A stretch of DNA of 64,000 nt. Origin: an uncultured bacterium (GTDB lineage Bacteria > CAIWAD01). Where the stretch lies: NCBI GenBank assembly GCA_903910645.1, contig CAIWAD010000124.1:16445-80444 (forward strand), read 5' to 3'. How positions within the stretch are numbered: the stretch's first letter is position 1; each line of letters starts with the position of its first letter. Positions 16,488 through 24,133 of this stretch are shown in pieces. A program made the position numbers and the translations under genes. The notes under the pieces are model-generated. The model was not told the DNA's origin. It ran no database searches and was given only the letters and a program-made list of their open reading frames with translations.

Positions 16488-18143
16488 TCAATAAGGTGCC
16501 GAGTCGTGGGCGTGGCCGTGGCACATCAAGGTGCAGTTGCCCTGGCTCAGGGATTGGCGCTCCACTTTCAGCCGGCCATCCAGCGGCTCAATCCAGGGTC
16601 GGTCCAGGCGCAGCAGGCCAGGCTGGTCCGGCGAGCCGTGGGGATCATGGCAGGAGGCGCAGGACAGGGCTCCGCGCCCCGTGTGCAGGTTGTGCCAGCG
16701 CCATCCTTCACCGCTGCTGAAGGAGCTTTCCTGATGGCAGGTGAAGCACAGGGCGTTCTCGCGGTCTTCACCTGTGGCGAAAGGCGAGGGATTGAAAGGC
16801 GCCTTGAGCAGGTGTTCGATGTTGGATCCGTGGGGGCCCTGGGGACCGGCGGGATCGTCGCTGCCATGGCAGTCGGAGCAGGTGATTTGGTCCAGGGCGC
16901 TCCATTCCTTTTTCAGGCTGGGCACCTCCGGATTCAGGCCGGGACCCATCACCGGATGGTAGCTACGGTTGCCCAAATCAAAATCCCGCGCCACATCGCG
17001 CTGGCCGGGAAGCGTGTTGCCCGTGAAGCCGTGGCACTTGAGGCAGATTTCGTATTCGAAGTCCGCCACATCCTTTTTCATGCCCAATCGGCTGATGCCG
17101 CTGACACCCTCCATGCTCCCCGGCATGGTGCGCACGCTGGACTGGCTGGACACAGCGTGGGGATTGTGGCAATCCGTGCAGCGCACGGCGCGGTTTTCAC
17201 GCGATCCCGCCAGGAAGCCCACAAAGCCCGACCCGTCCGGCTCCACGGTGCGGGAACCCGTGTGCACGCTCACCGGGTGGGTGAAGAGCTTGTCGAACTC
17301 CGCCCGCATGTTGTTGGGCGAAGGAATTTCCCTGGGCCCATCCACGCTGGCGTCGTGGCAACGGAAACACAGACTGTTCTCCTCCGCCAGCAGGAGGCGC
17401 GGCTGGGGTGGTGATGCGTGGATGCTGTGGCACTGGGCGCAGCTCAGTTCGCGCATCTCCGCGTAGAGGGGCTCGTCCGGGTTGGCGTGCACACTGTGGG
17501 ACCAGCCCTCCAGTCGGTGGCACTCCTGGCAAATGGCCCCCTGGGCGGACTCCACCTTCAGGAACTTGCCACGCGTGTTGTCGTGGGGGTCGTGGCAAGT
17601 GCTGCAGCGGATGCGCTCCCCGCGCAGGGTCATGCCCGAGGTGGCGCTGTCCGGTTTGGCCAGCTCGTGGTTGCGCGACCAGGTGAAGAGGTGAGTGTTC
17701 ATGTGGGTGGGCGCAATCTGCGCTCGTTCACCCAGATCCGTCTCCCGGCTGATGTGTTCGGCGGGATCCGTGGGAAAGGCCCGGGCCACGCTGCCATCGT
17801 GGCAGGCCAGACACAGTTGGCTGCCCGGATCGGCGGGGAAACCAGGCTCCAGATCATCGAGATGGGCACCCAGGGGGAAGGGCCCGCGGGGCAGGCGCCG
17901 GTCCCACAGGGGAATGAGCTGGTCGTGCACGCGGGGTCCGTGGCACACGCGGCAGAGCTGGCGCTCCATGGTGGTGTCGGAGGGCATCCCGGTGTGCCAG
18001 TGGGTCAGGTTGTGGGGTGAGGCCTGCACGCGGGAGGCTTTCACCTGGTCGGGATCGCTGGCCCCTGCCAGCAGGGCAAAGGCGCCCAGGGAAAGCGCGG
18101 GAAGGACGATCAGGGCCGCCCGGCGGAGCGAGAACATCACCAC
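16488..18143 (-). CDS. Multihaem cytochrome c (11 CxxCH plus one CX3CH)
   Basis: Signal peptide MVMFSLRRAALIVLPALSLGAFALLAGA. Motifs: CRVCH, CLACH, CSTCH, CQECH, CAQCH, CFRCH, CTDCH, CLKCH, CSDCH, CFTCH, CASCH and CTLMCH. Confidence 0.9.
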   Translation of the reverse strand: MVMFSLRRAALIVLPALSLGAFALLAGASDPDQVKASRVQASPHNLTHWHTGMPSDTTMERQLCRVCHGPRVHDQLIPLWDRRLPRGPFPLGAHLDDLEPGFPADPGSQLCLACHDGSVARAFPTDPAEHISRETDLGERAQIAPTHMNTHLFTWSRNHELAKPDSATSGMTLRGERIRCSTCHDPHDNTRGKFLKVESAQGAICQECHRLEGWSHSVHANPDEPLYAEMRELSCAQCHSIHASPPQPRLLLAEENSLCFRCHDASVDGPREIPSPNNMRAEFDKLFTHPVSVHTGSRTVEPDGSGFVGFLAGSRENRAVRCTDCHNPHAVSSQSSVRTMPGSMEGVSGISRLGMKKDVADFEYEICLKCHGFTGNTLPGQRDVARDFDLGNRSYHPVMGPGLNPEVPSLKKEWSALDQITCSDCHGSDDPAGPQGPHGSNIEHLLKAPFNPSPFATGEDRENALCFTCHQESSFSSGEGWRWHNLHTGRGALSCASCHDPHGSPDQPGLLRLDRPWIEPLDGRLKVERQSLSQGNCTLMCHGHAHDSAPY

Positions 18144-19930
18144 AGTCTCCTCAGCACATGGATCCAGGCCTCCGTGTCCTTCCGTCCAAAGTGGTCGGGA
18201 TCGCCCACGAAGCGCAGGTCGGTGGTCAGGGTCAGCTTGTTCAGTTCAAACTCCACGAAGGAGCGCAGCCACATGCGCTCGGACAACTGGTCCCGGCCAG
18301 GCCGCCAGGTGCCGCGCACATTCAGCGAGGCAAGACGCAGCGGCTGCCAGCGCAGATGCATGGACAGGCGGTGTTCCAGGTCCACCAGATCCGCCGCCAC
18401 CAGGTGCTGCAATGCCATGGCGCTCAACTGGGCCTGCAAGCGATGGCCCCGGGCTTTCACCCACACTTCGTTCTTCAGCGTGTTGCGCAAAGTGTCGTCG
18501 CTGTAGACCAAATGGCTGCCCACATGGCGGCGCCACTCCAGACGATGTCCGCCCTGCAGGGTGCCATGGGGATTCAGTGTGCTGTTGAAGCTGGTCAACT
18601 GATCCAGCTCCTTCTGGGAAGGATCGGCCCAGGGGGCCACTGTTTCCCGGTCTTGCATGCGGAAGAGCTCCGCTCGCTGCAGGGCGCGCATGCTGAAGCC
18701 CAGCCAGGGCAGGGGCTCCACCGGCGCGATCATCTCCACCGTGGCCCGTCCCACCAGCCCGCGGCCATATTCGCGCGTCTCCGCCCAGCCGCCGCCCAGG
18801 TCGCCGCGCAGGGACAGATTGCGCTTCAACCACAGGGAGCGATCCATGAACCGGGACCAGGACTGGTGTTGGCCCGCGGCCTCCACCGCCGCCGCCATAC
18901 GCGCCAGGGGCTTCACCTGGAAGACCGCCAGGGCCAGCACATCCCGCCTGTGGACAAGATCCTCGTCCGTGATGCGCACGCGCTCGGTGGAGGCGCGCAG
19001 TTCGGCGCCCACTTCCTCCAAGGGCATCCAGCGCCAGGAGGCGTCGGCGTGACGGCGCAGCACATCCCGCTCCTCCAGCTCGGTGAAATCCGCGCCGGCA
19101 TTGATGGACAGGCGATGCTTCCCCCACAAGGTGGTGCGCAGGCGGTTCTGCCCCAGCACGCGGCGCACGCCCTTGCGCTGCACCAAAGCCGAGTTGCTGT
19201 GGACATCCACGCCACCAGGCAGCTCACCCGCCATGCTCAAGCCCGCAAGGCTGCGCTGAAGATCGAAGTCAAGGCTGTCCGCCAGGCCATACCAGGAGCT
19301 CTCGCCCCAGGCACGCGCCACGAACTGGTGCCAGGCGGGCACGCGGTGCTCCACCTCGGCCCGCATGAATCGATGGTCCGAGATGGCCTCGCCATTGAGC
19401 ACGCGACGGTTGCCCGCCACCACTCCCAGCTCGGTGGTGGGCATGGGACGCAGGGCCAGGCGCCCGCCCACGATCAGGTCGCGCAGGCGCAGGCTGTCGA
19501 TGAGGAAGGCATTGGGACGCCGCCAGCCGTGACGGGCGAAGAGTCCCAGTTCCACTCCGCCCAGGGGCGTCCAACCCAGGTCCGCCTGGAACTCGGGCGT
19601 GTAGATGCGCTGCTCGTAAAGACTGTTCTGTGCCATGGTGGCGCCGGTGCGCAGCAGCCAGTCCAGGCCGCCGGCCTTTTGCACCTGGCCATGGGCACCC
19701 ACCACCACCCGCGCCGTGTGCAGGCGCAGGTCCTCCCCGTAGGCCCCGGCGTAGCTGGAATCACTGACCCAGGTGCTGGTGTGGTCAATCCAGCCGTCCA
19801 GGGTGAAGGATCGCGACGGCTGATAGGCGGGCGCCTGCACCCATGTCGGAACCTGGAACGCGCCCAGCGCCGAACCGACAAGGGAAAGGGCGAAGAGCAA
19901 GGCGCAACGCATGTGGCGGGATCCTCTCAT
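18137..19930 (-). CDS. Predicted outer-membrane beta-barrel (porin-like) protein
   Basis: I chose the ATG at 19930, which forms an ATGA overlap with the upstream stop. Signal peptide MRGSRHMRCALLFALSLVGSALGA. The body is rich in alternating aromatic/polar segments. The C-terminus ...WIHVLRRLW ends in an aromatic residue. Confidence 0.55.
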   Translation of the reverse strand: MRGSRHMRCALLFALSLVGSALGAFQVPTWVQAPAYQPSRSFTLDGWIDHTSTWVSDSSYAGAYGEDLRLHTARVVVGAHGQVQKAGGLDWLLRTGATMAQNSLYEQRIYTPEFQADLGWTPLGGVELGLFARHGWRRPNAFLIDSLRLRDLIVGGRLALRPMPTTELGVVAGNRRVLNGEAISDHRFMRAEVEHRVPAWHQFVARAWGESSWYGLADSLDFDLQRSLAGLSMAGELPGGVDVHSNSALVQRKGVRRVLGQNRLRTTLWGKHRLSINAGADFTELEERDVLRRHADASWRWMPLEEVGAELRASTERVRITDEDLVHRRDVLALAVFQVKPLARMAAAVEAAGQHQSWSRFMDRSLWLKRNLSLRGDLGGGWAETREYGRGLVGRATVEMIAPVEPLPWLGFSMRALQRAELFRMQDRETVAPWADPSQKELDQLTSFNSTLNPHGTLQGGHRLEWRRHVGSHLVYSDDTLRNTLKNEVWVKARGHRLQAQLSAMALQHLVAADLVDLEHRLSMHLRWQPLRLASLNVRGTWRPGRDQLSERMWLRSFVEFELNKLTLTTDLRFVGDPDHFGRKDTEAWIHVLRRLW

Positions 19931-20955
19931 GGCGCCACCTCCCCGGCCGGAAGTTCCGCCGACAGGTAGGGCAGATAGCGATAGGCCTGCACGCGCCGGT
20001 TGTACTGATCCACGATGTAGAGGTGGTCCCCGTGGAAGCAGAGCGCGCTGGGCAGCAGGAACTGGTCGCCCGCCCTGCCCGTGCCGCCGAACCAGTACAA
20101 AAGGGCGCCGCTGCGGCTGAAGACCTGGATGCGGCTGAAGGCGGCATCGCTCACATAAAGATTGCCGTCGCCATCGAAGGCCAGTCCCTTGGGAAACATG
20201 AAACCGCCCGGCGAGTGGTCGTAGACTCCGAAGGAGAACAGGAAGTCGCCCTGGGCGTTGAAGCACTGCACGCGATGGTTCAGGGCGTCCAGCACCCACA
20301 GTTGACCGTCGGGATCGCTGGCCACCGCCACGGGATGCAGGAACTGGCCCTGCGCGCCGCCTTCTCCACCCAGGGTGCGCTGCCAGCGGCCCTGGCCGTC
20401 GAAGCTCTCCACCACATGGCGGCCCGCATCCACGATGTGCAGCAGCGAGCCATCCCAGTGCATCTGTCCCGGCCTCTTCCATCCCTTGGGCGAAGACAGT
20501 TCGCCCTTCACATTGCCGGATCCGGACTCCAACAGGAAGACCTTGCCCCGGCCCGCGTCGCTCATGGCGATGCCGGCGGGAAAGGCGGCCACGCCCGTGG
20601 GCGTGGCGAACAAGGGCGAGGCCATCACTTCGAACGGTCGGGGCGAGCAGCCCTCGGGGCTAAGTCGCAGAAGGCGGGACAAATCGCCGTCGCACACCAG
20701 CACGCGGCCATCTGCATCCACATCCACATCGGTGGGGCGTCCCACGCTGGCGGTGGCGCAGCTGCCCGTCACCAGGCGCAGGGCCTTCATGCCCAGGCCT
20801 CCGTCCAGTCGCACCTGGGAAAGGACATCCCCCTCCTGCAGGTAGAGCGTGTCCGTGCCGGCGGCCACCAGGGGTCGCGGCCCCTGATGCGTCACCGTGG
20901 CGCATCCCGCCGCCAGGAGCAGGGAAAGGAAAAGGACAGGCAGGCGTCGCCTCAT
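19927..20955 (-). CDS. NHL-repeat beta-propeller lipoprotein
   Basis: I chose the ATG at 20955 (ATGA overlap). Lipobox MRRRLPVLFLSLLLAAGC. NHL repeats: GQFLHPVAVASDPDGQLWVLDALNHRVQCF, FMFPKGLAFDGDGNLYVSDAAFSRIQVF and FLLPSALCFHGDHLYIVDQYNRRVQAY. Confidence 0.85.
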   Translation of the reverse strand: MRRRLPVLFLSLLLAAGCATVTHQGPRPLVAAGTDTLYLQEGDVLSQVRLDGGLGMKALRLVTGSCATASVGRPTDVDVDADGRVLVCDGDLSRLLRLSPEGCSPRPFEVMASPLFATPTGVAAFPAGIAMSDAGRGKVFLLESGSGNVKGELSSPKGWKRPGQMHWDGSLLHIVDAGRHVVESFDGQGRWQRTLGGEGGAQGQFLHPVAVASDPDGQLWVLDALNHRVQCFNAQGDFLFSFGVYDHSPGGFMFPKGLAFDGDGNLYVSDAAFSRIQVFSRSGALLYWFGGTGRAGDQFLLPSALCFHGDHLYIVDQYNRRVQAYRYLPYLSAELPAGEVAP

Positions 20956-23165
20956 GGCAGCACCCGCTTCTCGCTTGAGTGGTAATAGCGGTACTTCCAC
21001 AGGGCCTTGTCTCCATGGCAATCGGCGCAGACGGCCTCGCTTGTCTCCTGGCGCAGGAAGTCCGGCGAATGTTCGCCGCCTCCCTCGGGGTGGGCCACAT
21101 GGGGGTTGTGGCAACTGGTGCAGTCCACGCGTCCAATGGCGCCGTCCGTGCGGCCCTCGGCATCGAAGAGCGGCATGGTGCGTCCGTCGGGTCGCGTCTG
21201 GCCCGCAAGGGTCATGTACTTCTGCGGATGGCCCCACGCCTCGGGTACATGGCTGCTGGCGCCCTGCTCGCGGTGGCAGGAGAGGCAGTGCCGGGCGCCC
21301 GGACTCCAGTTCTCCGCCTTGCGCTCCAGGCTTCCATCCGGCCGCACGGCGGCCACGCTGTCCATCTGGGCATTGTCCAGGCTGCTGGCGATGATGGCCC
21401 AATCCGACACGGCGCGGTGGGTGGTGTGGCAGGCCCGGCAGGCGCTCTCGTTGGGCCTGGTCTCGCTCAAGTCGTGGGCGCTTCCCAATACACGGGTCTC
21501 GCCGGAGTGGCAGGCGGAACAGAGTTGCGCGCCGGAGTTGGCCATGCGCAGGAAGGAGCTGTTGTCGTCGCCCTTGGCGTTGGCCTGCCAGGTGGGCGGT
21601 CCGGCGGGATTCCAGTGATGTGGCTCGTGGCAGGACTCGCAGCCCACCAGCAGATCGGCCGGTTCGGGTGTGCCGTCCGCAGGTCTCCAGGTGCGCAGGT
21701 TCTCTGCGCGGTAACCCGGCAGCTTGCTGCCCTTGGGCATGGCCCTGCCCACCGGATGGCCGTGCTGGCCCAGGGTGGTGGCCCCGTGCTTGCCGGTGCC
21801 CTCGTGGCAGCTCAGGCACAGGCTGGTGAACTCGGATGCTTCCGTCCGGGCATGGCCATCGCCAAATGCCTGCTGCTTGTGCGTGTTGTGGCAGGAAGTG
21901 CATTGGCCCCGGCTGGGCTCGCTCCAGTTGAAGGAGTTGTGGTCGGAGACCAGGGTTTGGGCCTGCTCGTTGTGGCAGTTGATGCACAGTCGGCCGTTTT
22001 CGTCATCGGGCAGGCGCAGGAAGCTGCCCAGGGCATCCCCATCCTCATTGCCCGGGCCCGGCTTGTGCCCTGGCATGGCGCTCCAGCGGTGGGGGTCGTG
22101 GCAGGTGGTGCAGCTCATGCCGCCCTCACGCAGGGGAAGGCGCACATTCTGCTCCTTCACCGGACGGTCCAGGGGATGGCCGTGCCCCACCCAGCTGATG
22201 GCGCCCGCCGCGCCCTTTTCCTGGTGGCAACTAAGGCAACGGGCGTCCACGCCATCCTTCACCACATCCGCGCCACGCCCGCCGGGCAGGGGCCAGGCCC
22301 ACATGGCCGGACCATTGCCGCCATGGGTCACATGGCAGGATGCGCAGGCGTCGCTTTGCCCGGCCGTGCGCCTCGTGTTGCCAATAGGCAGATTCCCGTG
22401 TTCTTCCTTCAGGTGGTGGTCGCTTTGCAGCACGGCGAAACTGGGCTCGTGGCAGCTGCGGCACAATTGGGTGCGGTCGGCGCCATCCACCAGCTTGGCC
22501 CGCTTGTCGCTGTGCATGTTGTGGCAACTAAGGCATTCCACCGTGCCTGTGGACACATGGCGTCCGGCCAGCTCCTGTGGCAGTGCCTGCTCCAGCTTGG
22601 CATGCAGGGGATGGTCTGTGTTGCGACGGGCGTGGTCCGCGTGGCACTTCAGGCACAAGGCGGAATTGTCCGCTTCCGCGCGCAAGAAGGGCACATACTG
22701 GAACTCGCGCTCCATGCGGTTCATGTGGGGCGTGTGGCAGCTGCCGCAGTAGATGTCCCCCTTGCGATCCAGGGGAAGGCCGCTGGCGGACACCGCCGCG
22801 CCATTGCTGGGCTTGTGGAAATGCGGATCGTCCTTCTGGAAGAAGCGCCGGCTGTCCCCCACATAACCGTCGTGGCAGGACCAGCACATGTCGCGGCTGG
22901 CCACGCGGGCTTCGCGGCCGTCGATCATCACAGGATGATCCACCGGCGGCAGCAGGACGGCCATCTTCTCATAGCCTTCACCCCACTCCACATGGCAGAT
23001 CACGCACTCCTTGGAGCGGTCCATGTGCAACTGGGCGTCCGCGCGACCGGCTGGGCCCAATCCAAGGGCAAGCCACAGGCCCGCGACTCCGCAGGCCAAG
23101 GTGGCGCGAAGCAGGCGGGCTTTCAGTCTCCGGGAGTCAAGATCCATGGGCGAAAATCCATTCAT
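20952..23165 (-). CDS. Multihaem cytochrome c (18 CxxCH)
   Basis: I chose the ATG at 23165 (MNGFSPMDLDSRRLKARLLRATLACGVAGLWLALGLGPAGRADA). I counted 18 CxxCH motifs from CVICH to CADCH. Confidence 0.9.
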   Translation of the reverse strand: MNGFSPMDLDSRRLKARLLRATLACGVAGLWLALGLGPAGRADAQLHMDRSKECVICHVEWGEGYEKMAVLLPPVDHPVMIDGREARVASRDMCWSCHDGYVGDSRRFFQKDDPHFHKPSNGAAVSASGLPLDRKGDIYCGSCHTPHMNRMEREFQYVPFLRAEADNSALCLKCHADHARRNTDHPLHAKLEQALPQELAGRHVSTGTVECLSCHNMHSDKRAKLVDGADRTQLCRSCHEPSFAVLQSDHHLKEEHGNLPIGNTRRTAGQSDACASCHVTHGGNGPAMWAWPLPGGRGADVVKDGVDARCLSCHQEKGAAGAISWVGHGHPLDRPVKEQNVRLPLREGGMSCTTCHDPHRWSAMPGHKPGPGNEDGDALGSFLRLPDDENGRLCINCHNEQAQTLVSDHNSFNWSEPSRGQCTSCHNTHKQQAFGDGHARTEASEFTSLCLSCHEGTGKHGATTLGQHGHPVGRAMPKGSKLPGYRAENLRTWRPADGTPEPADLLVGCESCHEPHHWNPAGPPTWQANAKGDDNSSFLRMANSGAQLCSACHSGETRVLGSAHDLSETRPNESACRACHTTHRAVSDWAIIASSLDNAQMDSVAAVRPDGSLERKAENWSPGARHCLSCHREQGASSHVPEAWGHPQKYMTLAGQTRPDGRTMPLFDAEGRTDGAIGRVDCTSCHNPHVAHPEGGGEHSPDFLRQETSEAVCADCHGDKALWKYRYYHSSEKRVLP

Positions 23166-23188
23166 GGGGCCCTCCGGCGCGGGCTGTG

Positions 23189-24133
23189 TCAGGGAATGTC
23201 GAAGCGGATGATGCGGCTGGCGCGGCTGTCCACCACCCACCACGAAGCTCCGCAACACACAATGGCCGTGGGACCCTGGAGTTGCCAGGGCTTGCCCTTC
23301 AGCATCAACTGGCCCTGGCTCTGGGCGTACTCGTCATAGGCGTGCACCATGCCCAGGTAGCTGTCGGTGATGAGCAGGCCCTTGCCGTTCCAGCAGGCGC
23401 AGGCGCCCTTGGGACGATAGAGACGCTCGCCATCGGTGCCAAAAGAGCCCACCATGCGGTCAAAGTTCCCCAAGCGCGTGTAGGCCTGGATGCGGCCGCC
23501 CAGCACATCAATCACCATGAAGCCGTTCATGTGGCGGGACAGGATGCCCGGAAACTTGAACTCCTCCACGCGATCGCCCGGCTTGCCGTCGGGCAGGCTC
23601 ATGCCCGCCATGCGACGCATGGGGCGGATCTCGTCGGCGCCCCGGCCAATCACTTTCAACAGGGCGCCGTCGTAGCTGATCATCAGCAGGCGATGGTTGT
23701 CGTTGTCGGAGACCACCAGCTTGTCCTCCAGCGCCAGCACATCCACCGGATCGCAATTGGCCGGAAGCTTGATGGTCTGCACGGGACGCCCGTCCAGGGT
23801 GGTGACGAAAATGGAGCCGGCATCCGGATCGCTCACATAAAGGCGGTCCTTCCAGATATCGTTGCCCACCGGGTTCACAAAACCATCGTGGCGGATTTCA
23901 CGCATCAGGGCGCCCTGGGGGCTGATGACCACCACGCGCTTGTTCAGGCCGTCCACCACATAGGCGTTGCCGCGCTCGTCGGCCGCCAGGTCCGTGGGAT
24001 AAGTGGTGCCGGCGGCCACATCCTCCAGAATGCGCACATCCACCGCGCCGGCCACGCCGGCCAGCATCAGAAGCAGGATCGGGAGGAGCAGGGCTCTCCG
24101 ATCAGTACGCGGGCGGCAGGAAGAAGACTTCAT
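23189..24133 (-). CDS. NHL-repeat beta-propeller protein, secreted
   Basis: Signal peptide ...RRALLLPILLLMLAGVAGA. Repeats: PTDLAADERGNAYVVDGLNKRVVVI, NPVGNDIWKDRLYVSDPDAGSIFV and VLALEDKLVVSDNDNHRLLMI. Confidence 0.8.
   Translation of the reverse strand: MKSSSCRPRTDRRALLLPILLLMLAGVAGAVDVRILEDVAAGTTYPTDLAADERGNAYVVDGLNKRVVVISPQGALMREIRHDGFVNPVGNDIWKDRLYVSDPDAGSIFVTTLDGRPVQTIKLPANCDPVDVLALEDKLVVSDNDNHRLLMISYDGALLKVIGRGADEIRPMRRMAGMSLPDGKPGDRVEEFKFPGILSRHMNGFMVIDVLGGRIQAYTRLGNFDRMVGSFGTDGERLYRPKGACACWNGKGLLITDSYLGMVHAYDEYAQSQGQLMLKGKPWQLQGPTAIVCCGASWWVVDSRASRIIRFDIP

Noticed and set aside
18137-20482. ORF-track N-terminal extensions. Examples: 781 aa for the barrel gene, 686 aa for the NHL gene (19927-21987), 1332 aa for recB, 371 aa for 29277-30392, and 373 aa for 27478-28599.
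   Set aside because: The extensions are Arg/Pro/Gly-rich and overlap the upstream gene in another frame. Internal ATGs sit exactly at ATGA junctions and are followed by signal peptides or conserved N-termini.
20979-23339. 786-aa plus-strand ORF. Similar very long antisense ORFs occur at 1164-3197, 5047-6405, 9179-11344, 18017-19969, 24003-26714, 38154-40127 and 54103-55740.
   Set aside because: Each lies antisense to a gene with clear family motifs. Their translations are Ala/Gly/Arg/His/Pro/Gln-rich low-information sequence with no motif. Long stop-free antisense frames are expected in DNA this GC-rich.
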